Source of the DNA: Anthoceros angustus | Lineage: Eukaryota > Plantae > Anthocerotophyta | NCBI GenBank assembly: GCA_010909165.1 | Contig: VJWM01000117.1 | Location: 682,001 to 746,000 of the forward strand | Reading direction: 5' to 3' | DNA: 64,000 bases | In this document: in pieces, positions 32,842-44,373 of the stretch | Layout of the letters: every line of letters begins with the position of its first letter | How positions within the stretch are numbered: the first letter of the stretch is position 1 | The notes under the pieces: generated by a model | Told to the model about the DNA's origin: nothing | Seen by the model: the letters and a program-made list of their open reading frames with translations, nothing else | Databases searched by the model: none | Position numbers and translations under genes: made by a program

Positions 32842-35800
32842 ATGACCACAGTATGGCAACCGGACCCATTGTGGACCCAGCAAATTGGTGGGTTTACAGG
32901 GATTCTACGAGGAGCGCCTGCTCACCTCACCTTAAGGAGTCAGCCGCTGGGAAACAGTCAAACCTCCAGGTGCAGCAGTGTAAGCAACCCAGAAGTTCCA
33001 CCTCGGGGAGAATGTTTGGGTGAGGAACGATTCTCCAGCGATGGCCTTCGCCAGGAGCAGGAGCTCTTGTGGCAACAGTTTTTTCTGGACCCTACCATGT
33101 GGTGGGACAACAGGCGAGATAGAAAGAGCTCCCGTTGGCCTGACTTCCGGCGTAAGGGGTCAGGCGAGGTCCTGTGGTTAAACAACATGTTCAAGCCTGA
33201 TTGGGTGGATGAGCAGCTCGTTTCTTTGGATGTACAGATGGGTCATGGTGCCTCTCCTTCCAAGTGGAGCTCTTCGAAGAAGGCTGAGCCTGGCAGGCAT
33301 GTAGGGTCGGAAATGGGCGTCACAAAGGCTGTAACCGTGAGCATGTTATGCAAGCAGGGGAAGCTTGGTGAGGCCGTTGAAGCCCTGGATTCTCTGGCGC
33401 AGAGTGACTGTCCTGTTTCTGTGTCTCTGTTTTATTCCGTCCTAAAACTGTGTACAGCGAAGAAGGATTTGGTTGTGGGGCGGCGAGTTCATGATTTAAC
33501 TGTGAAACTTGGGTACGAGTCAAATACATACTTGGGGAACCATATCTTGCGCATGTATGCATGCGTAGGTAGGCTGCAGGAGGCCATGGATGTGTTCACC
33601 AGGGTAGGCAAACCAGATGCCTTCATGTGGTTTTCCATAATCTCCGCACATGCTAAACATGGGAAGCATTACGAGGCCATACAGCTATACGGTGAGATGT
33701 GTAGGTCAGGGGTGAAACCAGATGGTCACGTCTTTGTAGCTGCCCTTCAAGCTTGTGCATTAGCCACCGACCTGGAATCTGGCAGAAAAGTGCACTCTCA
33801 TGTGTTGCACAGTGATATTCCTCCTGACTTATTTGTTGGTGCCTGCCTGGTGGACATGTATGCGAAATGTGGCGAAATGGAACATGCGCGTGAGGTATTT
33901 GACAGCTTGGCCACAAAAAATGTGGTGACATGGAATGCCCTGATTGCTGGCTATGCAAATCATGGGCTTGCTCAAGAGGCGCTTGTTCTGTATGAACAAA
34001 TGGAGCAGGAGGGCGTGCTTGAGCCTGACCAGGTTACGTTTGCTGGCCTTCTGAAGGCCTGTGCAAGCATTCGTGCCTTATCGAAGGGCAGGCAACTGCA
34101 CTTCCAGATTGTGGAACGAGGACAGCTAGATAACATAGTGTTGGGCACCTGCCTGGTGGACATGTATGCAAAATGTGGCGCACTGGAAGATGCACGCCTG
34201 GTTTTTGACAGATTGGCCAGAAAGGACGTGGTGGCATGGAATGCCCTGATTGGGGGGTATGCCCAGCAAGGGCTTGGGCATGAGGCACTTGTTTTGTATG
34301 GACAGATGGAGCAGGAGGGCCTGGCTGTGGCTGACCACATTACTTTTGCTTGCCTTCTGAAGGCCTGCACACTGGTGCCTTACAGGGGCAGGCAACTGCA
34401 CTCAGATTGGAAAGAGGACTGCTGGATAACATACTGGTGGCATGCCTGGTGGACATGTATGCAAAATGTGGTGAACTGGAAGATGCACCAGGTTTTTGAC
34501 AGCTTGCCACAAAGGATGTGGTGACATGGAATGCCTGATTGCTGGGTATGCAGCAAGGGCTTGGCCAGAGGCGCTTCTGTATGGACAAATGGAGCAGGAG
34601 GGCCTCATTTGGCTGACCATGTTACTTTTGCTTGCCTTCTGAAGGCCTGTGCAAGCACTGGTGCCTTACAGAAGGGCAGGCAGCTGCACTCACAGATTGT
34701 GGAAGAGGACAGCTAGATAACATACTGGTGGTCAATTGCCTGGTGCACATGTTTGCCAAATGTGGCGAACTGGAATGTGCACGCCAGATGTTTGACAGCT
34801 TGCCCACAAAGGATGTGGTGACATGGAATGCCGTGATTGCAGGGTACGCACAACAAGGGCTTGGCCAGGAGGCGCTTCTTCTGTATGGACAAATGGAGCA
34901 GGAGGGCCTCATGTTGGCTGACGATGTTACTTTTGCTTGCCTTCTGAATGCCTGTGCAAGCACTGGTGCCTTACAAAAGGGCAGGCAGCTGCACTCACAA
35001 ATTATGGAAAGAGGACTGCTTGATAACATAGTGCTGGGCAACTGCCTTGTGGACATGTATGCAAAATGTGGTGAACTGAAAGATGCACACCAGGTTTTTG
35101 ACGGCTTGATCAGAAAGGATGTGGTGACATGGAATGCCCTGATTGCTGGTTATGCACAGCAAGGGCTTGGCCAAGAGGCGCTTTTCTTGTATGATCAAAT
35201 GGAGCACGAGGGCCTGGTTGTTGCTGACCAAGTTACTTTTGCTTGCCTTCTGAAGGCCTGTGCGAGCGCTGGTGCCTTACAAAAGGGCCGGCAGCTGCAC
35301 TCACACATTGTGGAACGAGGACTGCTAGACAACATACTGGTTTCCAACTGCCTGGTGGACATGTATGCAAAATGTGGCGAGCTGAAAGAAGCTCGCCAGG
35401 TTTTTGATAGCTTGCCCACAAAGGATGTGGTGACATGGAATGCCTTGATAGCTGGTTGTGGTACTTGTGATGAAGGTCACCAGGCACTAGCTTGTTTTGA
35501 GATGATGTTAGCCGCTGGTATTCAGCCTGATGATGCTACTTTCACTTGCCTTCTAGCAGCATGCAGCCATGAGGGACTTGTGCATGAGGGTCGCAAGCAC
35601 TTTGATTCCATGGCTCAACAGTATGGCATCAAACCTACTATTGAGCATTACAATTGCATGATTGATCTTCTTGGGCGTGCAGGCCAGTTGGATGAGGCAG
35701 AGAACATGCTCTTATCATGTGAGAGCCAAAGCAATACTGTGGGGTTGACGTCTTTGCTGAATGCCTGCAAGAGTCATGGGGATTTAGTGAGGGCGGCCCG

Positions 35801-36341
35801 GTGTTTTGAAAGTCTTGTTAGACTGGAGCCTCAGTGTGCATCTGGATATGTGCTCATGGCCAATGCCTATGCAGATGCAGGTAGGTGGACCGATGTAGAG
35901 AGGATTGAAACACAAAGGGTGGTAGCAGGAGCTAACAAGAAACCTGCGGTGGCGACCATTGAGGTGAAGACGCAGGTACATACATTTGTGGTGGGAGAAA
36001 GCAGAGATGATCTTGCACTGAAGGTAGAGAGCACGAATGCGCGTTTGAAAGAGGAAGGCGGCCATGTACCCCATACGAAGTTGGTGTTGAAGCCACTGGG
36101 TGAGAAGGAAAAGGAAGATGCGCTTTGTGGGCATGCTGAGAAGCTAGCTCTGGCGTTTGGTCTCTTGAACACTCCAAGTGGGACACCTCTGGTGGTAACG
36201 AAGAATCTACGCATGTGCAGTGACTGCCACAATTCCACGGAGATCATGTCAAGGGTTGAAAGGAGAGACATTGTTGTAAGGGATGGGTACCGTGTGCATC
36301 GATTCGCAGCTGGCTCTTGCAGTTGCAATGGGCGACCATGA
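32842..36341 (+). CDS. PDF-PLS-PPR-DYW:KP(GRP) protein, paralog 5, with a longer PPR array; frameshifts at ~34365-34640
   Basis: ORFs 32803-34524 and 34632-36341 plus an intervening frame form one gene with six xMxAKCG S-motifs. It ends CSCNGRP*. The conserved start MTTVWQPD is at 32842. Confidence 0.82.
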
Positions 36342-36654
36342 GAATGAAGAAGAGCTAGCCAATGCTGAGAAGACTTCACCGATGCTCAAAGAGCTTTTCA
36401 TTATAGTTCCAGCATTGACCCTTGTCTACCGAAAAAGGGGTCTACAAACCCTTTAGGTGCACTCCCATGGGGCGGACGTCCTTACACCTGATTTCACACA
36501 TTTTCACAAACTTAGGTGGGTGCTTGATCTGCGCCCGCTTGTCTAATGGACATAAACACAACTCATTTAACCCCAGTCTGCCTGAGGTAATTTTCAGTGT
36601 ATTTTTTTTGCTGTCATTATGTTTCCCTGTTTTCACATATTCCTTATGGCACCA

Positions 36655-37200
36655 AGAGAAAGGCATGGCTGCACCCAATTCTGTGACGTTTTTGTTTTGT
36701 CCCTTCCGCAGGCATGTTCAGGTGTGGGCGGCCTTGCTTTGGAGAAGGGGACGCAGCGTCATATGCAGACTACGGAAGAGGAGCTCAGTAGTTGTAGGTG
36801 GGAGCCTGAATATGTATGCAAAGTGTGGCAGTCTAGAGGATGCAAGGGACATGTTTGATGCACTTGGTCAAAAAAATGTGATGACGCGGAATGCCCCATG
36901 ATAGCAGCATTTTGCTAGCAGGGCAGGGACGAGGAAGCCGTTCAACTTGGCATGTGCAACTTTGGGCAGCCGTGCTTTACAGATCCGGAGGTAGCTGCAT
37001 GCACACATTGCAGAAAGTTACACCCAATTCTGTGACATTTGTGTGTCTCTTCGAGGCATGTTCGCATATGGGCACCCTGGTTTTGGAGAGGGAAAGCATC
37101 TTCATTCTCGAATCAAGGAATGAAAGCTTCAGGCCGGTGTGTTTGTTGGCAACAGCTTGGTACAACGGCCTGGTGAGCTACGACGACGGCTATAGGAGTA
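36655..37200 (+). pseudogene. Decayed PLS-PPR fragment
   Basis: Broken frames containing NMYAKCGSLEDARDMFDALGQKNVMT and PNSVTFVCLFEACSHMG. Confidence 0.7.
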
Positions 37201-37419
37201 CATGGAACTCTTCGGAAGTGAAATGGTGACCGAGGAGCAAGTCTCTTGTTGCAGGTGTGCATCATGACCGAGATGCATCATGTGGGGGCGAGGTTTTGTG
37301 ATTCCCATATTTCTAACTAGAGTTGAGTGTTGACCTGTACGTGATGCTTGTGATCCTACTTTGCCTTGTTAGAGCGCTACATTGGGAGCGATCCTTGTCT
37401 GCCCTAGAGCTTGAATGAT

Positions 37420-37625
37420 TGCACTGGGGCATGGTTTTGTGGCTCTATGTCTCCAGCTGCCTTCGAGTGACTTGCACCGGGGGACGAAGTTTTCAGCTGC
37501 CTTGGAGCTTGAGTGACTTGCACTGGGGGGCGAAGTTGCCTTGGAGCCGAGTGACTGGCACTGGGGGGCGAGGTTGCCTTGGAGCTCGAGTGACTTGCAC
37601 TGGAGGGCAAAGTTTCGTGATTCCC
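37420..37625. repeat. ~37-bp tandem repeat (gagtgacttgcactggggggcgaagttgccttggagc), ~5 copies
   Basis: Direct inspection. Confidence 0.75.
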
Positions 37626-37829
37626 ATATTGGGAAATCACGAAACCTCGCCTATCACCAGCCATGATACGTGGCTTAGACGTATCTTAGAAACCTCGCCT
37701 ATTGCTCCTACCACCAGCCATGTTGGTGGGCATTGTTGGCCATTGAGTTCTTGTCTTGAGAACTTGTTTTGTGATGGCATTCTTTTGAGTACTGCAGTGG
37801 AAATGCTTCCTTTGAAGCCCATTTCTCGG

Positions 37830-38950
37830 GGAAAGGAAGATTTTATTATAAAAAATAGATGGGAAAAATTCATCCACCCCAAAAACAAAAGGGAAAAACC
37901 CAACAAAGGGCACCATGCCCGGGGGACTAGCCCCATGATCACGCATTTCAAAACTATCGACCGCCCGAAGAGCTTCGTGGTCAGGGATGTGAAAAGGCCT
38001 ACTTACCACCGGTGTCGAAGAAGCTGCATCTCCCACGCTCGCTGTCGTTCTATATATTGTGTTAGCCAACGCCCTCTACAGAGGGATGGAAACCCTCTGC
38101 TGGAAGAAAGCAACAATACAAGAAAGGGGGAGGCCAACCCCGTTCCTACGACTATGATAAGCCTTGGCGCAGGCCTTGACGAACCTAGAGAAATCCTTGC
38201 CCATGGCTCCGTGAGTCTCAATGGCAAGGGGACGGTGGCCGTGCATGGGAGAGTACTTGTGGACCTTAGCCGTGCATCCCTCCGCCCAACGGAGGGTTAA
38301 GAATAACATGTTCAGACACTCTCCGGGTGGGATCGGTTACCACCACATCGAATCAAACTGATCCGGGTCAAAATAGGTCTGCCCTAAGCGAAACCCTGTT
38401 GAGCAAGGTGTAAGGGCGCTTCCTAAATGGAAGGAACTCGCCTTCCCTAGCAATAGAGAACATGACGTCCCAAACGGCGTCATGTGTAGCGATACGCTGC
38501 CCACCCGCGGGACAGCGAGCCAAGTGCATCCCAAAGTCATCGAGAGGGCCCCCGCAGCTACAAGTTGAAACAAAGTAAGCTAGAGGATGGACCAAGCCAA
38601 GGCGAAAATGCATCGTGGTAGAAAAAGTTGCTGGTGCGATGCGGAATGCCTGAATACTAGGTCGAGCCCAAAGCCATGAACCTACCCCTTTTCCTGAGCA
38701 AGAGCGGAGACGGGCCCGAGTGGGCTTAGGAATGGAGGAATCCCGGAGGAGGGCCAATTGCGCCTGCTCGTACTGTTTCTCCAGGAGGGACGCCTGAAGC
38801 CCCCAGAGCCCAACCTCGGAAAGCGAGGAAAAAGACGGCATGGCAGCCCTCGCCTCGGAGGATAAAGAGTCCCTGGCTAATCTTAGTGAGGCCTACATAG
38901 AAAAAGTCCCCTCCTCAACGCCCGCGACAAAAGCCTCCAAGATAAGTGAA
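37830..38950 (-). mobile_element. 5'-truncated CRE/NeSL-like non-LTR retrotransposon (CCHC knuckle plus restriction-like endonuclease)
   Basis: RARLRSCSGKGVGSWL..FRLGL, CSCGGPLDDFGMHLARCPAGGQRIATHD, RADL, PLAIETHGAMG, followed by a 3' UTR with AATAAA. Confidence 0.72.
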
Positions 38951-41469
38951 TGCCGAATTAAGAAACGGGAGGACAAGACGGGCAGAGAGAGCCCAGCTCC
39001 CTGAGAAAATTGCTAGTGCGGAGGCCTTCGTGGCCAACAAACCAGTGCATTTCTCCCTTTATGAGGTTCGCGATATGATGCTCAAAGATGCATGTATCAA
39101 ACCCTAACATTGGGCCGACCTTTTCATTAATTAAGTCAAATTTTAACATAATCCTTAACTAGCGACCGAACTGCTGTCTTAATCAGAATTAAAGGCTTTG
39201 GTATCAAACTACTGTTTTGATAAGAATGAAAGAAGTGAGGCGACTGGTATTGTGAGATGTCATTCTCATTTAAGGGCGAAGCTCAGACAGCCCTTCACTC
39301 GTACATCATTGAAATTCAATAACGCCTAACAATGCTGGCCAAGCTTTCTTAAAGCCCTTTCATTAATTTTGTAAAACACACTTGTAATACATAAGCTTGT
39401 AATCCCTTGTGATGATACAAATGGGCTGCTAGCAAGAGCTCCTCGCTCTAATTTTCCAGCCACATGGAGTACAAGGAAGAAGGGGTGCATGAGAATGGAG
39501 CTACCTAGCGTGCAACTATAGCCCACACATGTGCCTATCTGACAAGACTACTAACCAACCAAGGGCTCCTTCTAACGAGCTCATGGGCAAGCGGATAGGA
39601 GGCACTGGGGGTGAGACAATTACACACGCTGGTAGGACGTGACGAGGAGCATCCACAATCAGATGGTAGGACAACTTCCACTTACACCAACGTGAGGAAG
39701 AGGAGCTTGGTTGACTCCGCAAGGATCTGATTCATTAGAATCTTCAAAGTCTTCAATATCACATCTATGAACAAGGTCTTTTCAATATTTGATGCTAATT
39801 AGTCTTCAAAGTCTTCAATATCAGATCCATAAATAATATCTTTCCAATATTTGATGGCTCGTAATCGAGATCCCTGAGGATTTGATTCATCAGAGTCTGA
39901 ATCAAGTTCATCTTGCACAGGAGGAGCTCGCTCATTGTGGACTGTCTTGTTCTTGAATCCTTGAGGTTGATTACTACTATTTGCAGCTCTTCCTTGCATC
40001 TCAAATCTCGTCGACCCATTGTTCACCTTGTATATAGTTGTGGCAGTTGGAGTTTCAATCTGCGGTGGAATTCTTGTTGCTGCATGTTCAGTTGAAACAG
40101 CTGTATTTGCTACAAATCCAATTATTTTAATTTGTTCTTTTACAAGAGTTTTCTTGTTTTTTGATCCTTTCGGACGACCTAGAGTTCAGAAAAATAAGTT
40201 ATGTTAACAACATCAACAAGCAAACTTCAAAAAACTTAAAGTATGAATATTAGACAACATCAAACTTAAAGTATGCATATGGGATAACATTAACTAACAA
40301 ATGTCAAACTTAAAGTATGCATATGAGACAACATCAACTAGCAAAATTCAAACTTAAATTATGCATATAGACAACATCAACTAATAAACTAAGTGCGACA
40401 TAAAGCCTTTTCGTCAATATTATATAAATATAAATGGCTCCACTACTATCTTGGATCATCTATGAGATGTCCCCTCATACATGGAGTGTTTCAACACTTT
40501 CAATAGTAACAATCTATGACACCTCAATCCTCATGATTATTCCTTTAAAAAACACCTCTCATCATAATACACATAACAAAGCAAAATTTCAAGTCTCAAG
40601 GCAACTATGTGATGATTTAACCACTTTGTAGGAATGAGTTATAAACTCAGTACACTAATTTACCATAAGTAGAAATGTCAAAATATCATATTTACCCATT
40701 TATACGAAGTTTTGAATCACCAAACTCGTTACGCGGGACTCACACAAGTTGCGCTATAATAAATTGCGTTATAATTGTTCGAGAGCTTCTTATCCTAGCT
40801 TGTTACTGAATTTGTCCCAAACAATTCAATTATTAAAAAAAGGCATACATATATAGATAGTTATTTAAATCTCAAAAAACAACAAGATTACGAGAAAGTA
40901 AAAATAATAAAAAAATGATTAAAAATTACAATTAATAAACTGAAGTATGATATATAAAGGGATTACCTATGTTTTGGTCATTGCTGTGGGTGTTCCATTA
41001 CTATGAGGCCTTTTCTCATTTCTTGTAGAAGATAAAAAACCATCCGACCTGGGTAGTTTACGTAAGTGTCTACTATATATATAGGTGATGTGCGTGAATC
41101 CATGTGCACCCCTTGTCTCTATTTATTTAGATGTTCGCAATATAGCATATACTTATTTAAGTGTGCCACACCTTGTCTCTATTTATTTAGATTGTTCCCA
41201 ATATAGTATATACTTATTTGAGTGCACACCTTGTCTCTATTTATTTAGCTTGTTCCAATATAATATGTACTTATTTGAGCGCAGACCTTGTCTCTACATT
41301 ATTAAGAGGCCTTTTCTCATTTTTTTTAGAAGATAAAAACCATTCATCTTGGGTAGCTCACGTGTGTGTGCACTATATATGGGTGATGTGCATGAATCCA
41401 TGTACATACCTTGTATCTATTTATTTAACTTATTCTAATATAATAAATATTTATTTAAGTACATACCTT

Positions 41470-41560
41470 CCTTAAACCCTAAGTTAAACCGAACCACCAC
41501 CACTTACAACTTACTAAACTAGATCTAGGGCTGCGAGCCTCTCATGCAAGGCTTCTTACA
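41470..41560 (-). mobile_element. Start of an LTR of the same family as the LTR at ~59080-59330
   Basis: The minus strand reads TGTAAGAAGCCTTGCATGAGAGGCTCGCAGCCCTAGATCTA, matching the sequence that follows the PPT at 59330. The left boundary was not determined. Confidence 0.5.
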
Positions 41561-41757
41561 TTCGCCCTTTAATTTTAAGGCGCTTTACAATAATTCGATA
41601 AAATTACGGACGTGTGATTTCTTTTCCTGGTTTTCTGCGACATTTACGAGCACACCCGCTAGCCTACATACCCCCACAAGGCTTCTTACTGATAGGGCTT
41701 CTGCTTCCTCTGCATACCGCTGGCGCCGCTGCTTCCGCCGGCTTGCGTCTCGTCGCC

Positions 41758-42573
41758 ATGGGTATCGACTTGGTCGCCGGTGGGCGCAACAAGAAGACGA
41801 AGCGCACAGCTCCGAAGAGTGACAATCCGTATCTCAAGCTTCTCGTGAAGGTGAGCATGGGGTGTTAGGGTTTCAGGCGTTCTCTCGATACTTCGACGGT
41901 GATGGCTGAGTCCAATTTTCGGGGGATCTGCTGCTGCAGCTGTACAGGTTTTTGGTGAGGCGGACTGAAAGTCCCTTCAACAAAGTCATTCTGAAGCGTT
42001 TGTTTATGAGTCGAACGAACAGGCCTCCGATTTCTCTTTCTCGACTTGTGAGGTACACCAAGGGCAAGGTTAGGGCACTTTTCAGAACCTCCAATCTCTG
42101 GCTATGGATGTCTGTGAGTAAGGAGTAACGGAAGCTTTTGTGGAGTTCAGGAGGATAAGATCGCCGTGGTAGTCGGGACTGTGACGGACGATATCAGATT
42201 GTATGAGCTGCCTGCTCTGCGGGTTGCTGCCCTGCGCTTCACTGAAACAGCCCGAGCACGTATCCTGAAGGCTGGTGGCGAGGTGTTAACTTTCGATCAG
42301 CTCGCGTTGAAGGCTCCAACAGGCTCCAACACTGTAAGTCCATCATGGGAACCTAGTAAATCTTTTGAACTTGCTGGTATGCAACTGACTCATTGAATGC
42401 CCATATTGGCCCAGCTTTTGTTGAGGGGACCTAAGAATGCACGCGAAGCAGTGAAGCACTTTGGAAGGGCACCTGGCGTACCTCACAGCCACACAAAGCC
42501 CTATGTCAGGTCCAAGGGCAGGAAGTTTGAGAAGGCTCGTGGACGCCGTAACAGCAGAGGCTTCAAGGTGTAG
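41758..42573 (+). CDS. RPL18: 60S ribosomal protein L18 (eL18), 187 aa, 4 exons
   Basis: Exons 41758-41850, 41940-42068, 42151-42333, 42415-42573, all GT-AG. Translation [46 protein letters not shown]. Confidence 0.97.
41866..41873 (-). promoter_or_regulatory. Telo-box (AAACCCTA) in RPL18 intron 1
   Basis: TAGGGTTT on the + strand. Telo-boxes are typical of plant ribosomal-protein gene 5' regions; another lies upstream of calmodulin (63142-63149). Confidence 0.4.
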
Positions 42574-44373
42574 GCTCATTTGGGAGACAGGACCCGCCTC
42601 TAGGGGAATTTTGTTAGTTGAGTTACGGGAATGCTGTGTTAACCAGCTTCGTACTTGAAAGGCTTTGGCTGAAGTGCTTGCTGCTGGTGTAAAAATTGGG
42701 TTGCCTCCTCGGCTGCACAAGTTTTGTGTACCCTGTTTGGGCCGCGTTTACAGATCTGTAACATGTCGGTTTGTGGTGAGATACTGATGCTGATGAAACG
42801 TTGGTGCAAGAGTACGGATGCCATTCTTGTTGGGTTCGCTTTGAAGAGGTGGATCTGTGATCAAACTGATTGATCTTGTGGCAAGCTTTTATTTCCATCC
42901 ATCAAGTGCAGCTTTGCTGGTAGCAAATCTGGATCATACAAGGTTGTGGAAGACGCTTGGCTGGAGCTGGGGACTCATTTTTCATGAGCAGCAAGGGACA
43001 CCCTGGAGTGCATGCTCCTTATGCTTGCTTGCAGGAGGCGTGGTAGGGGCCAGGTGGCCATGTGTTGTAACAGCAATTCAGCAGGCTTTTTCAAGGACAG
43101 CCGCCTCCAGAACTGGGCAGCAGGCGCATGGTGAATGAGAATGGAATTAGTCAAGGGCAGGGATGGAAGGGTACAAGGCTGGAAGAATCAGACATGGCTG
43201 CCTACAATTTCCTCTTCACTCTGGGGACGCTGCTTATCCCCAACAGCAAGTCTGTGAACCAGGCCACCTTGAGCTGTCCTCCAGCTCTACCCCGGCTGCT
43301 TCCAACATGCCCTTATGCTATTTGAGGTGCCAAGTCTCAGATTCGAGACCTCAGGCATGGCACATCAGACACAAGCTCTCGTGGCATACTTTTTTGCATA
43401 GAGAGCCGAGCCGCCCTTTGCTCGAACGAGGAGAAACACCAGACGGAGGATTAGATCAGACTAATAAATTGAACCATGATTGAGGGCCCGTCCTGGGGCT
43501 TAGGGTCCTGCTGCCAGCCATGGCGCAGCTAAGCGTGTCTGGTGGACGGATTTCAGAGAGCGGGAGGGTGGCTGGCCTGCACGAGGCGAAGACGGAAGTC
43601 TGATGCCCTGGGGTAACACGCACGACAAAAAGATACCACTGTCCACACGACAAGAGGAAACTGAAGAGGTTCGCTATTACCACGAAAAGCAGTTTATGTA
43701 ACATAACTCACTTCGCAAGAAAAACCTGACCGGAACTGGTAAATGCGTGGCCACTTGAACACTCAACGCACACACCAACACACAAGCTTCTCCTCATGTC
43801 GTCCTTGGGGAGCTCACGACTGTTGCAAGTGGCATGCATGTTGCGCGTTTCGAAACCTCTTGCGCCCTGATTCATTCTGAAGCTGCTGCGAGCTCGTAGG
43901 TTTCTGCTCCGCCCGCGCCTTTGCTGGCTGCGAAATTTCCACCTCAAAGCCTTCTGAATGTGTGCAGATTGCTGGTGAGATGTAATTGAAGAAGAGGTAA
44001 TCCTCCTCCTGTCCTTTGGATCCTCGGAAGGTCTACTCCCATCGCCACGCTGCACGGCTTCCTCATTCCTCTCGACGATCTCACCAGGGAATTGGTACGT
44101 GTGAAACCTGGTCCAGCAAAGTGAGGACCTGGAATGACGGGACTTGCTTGTTTTCGTCGTTGTAGTCGCTCAGTTGGGGTTTGGTTAATTCAGCCTCGTG
44201 AGGATACCCGGGGCGTATTGTTGCTCAGGGAATATTTGTGCAGCTACGAGTAAGTGATGTTATGGGGAATATGGCGCTCTATGTCGTTTCTTTGGAAGTG
44301 ACTTCCGTGGTTATGTGACGTTGTTTTCCCCTTGCCAGTAGAGTGTGGATGAAGTATAACTCAACAAGTCAGA

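Noticed and set aside
140-36379. Numerous 60-170 aa ORFs overlapping the PPR genes (e.g. MRASSSLPHFAYMSTRQ..)
   Set aside because: Antisense or alternative-frame shadows of the repetitive PPR coding sequence; they recur only because the repeats do.
39780-40200. AT-hook-like RGRPKGSKNK and an acidic stretch on the minus strand
   Set aside because: Short and fragmented, probably a TE remnant; no family assignable.
42850-44060. Possible spliced gene on the minus strand between RPL18 and the kinase
   Set aside because: Some splice-like signals, but no consistent exon chain or recognisable protein.
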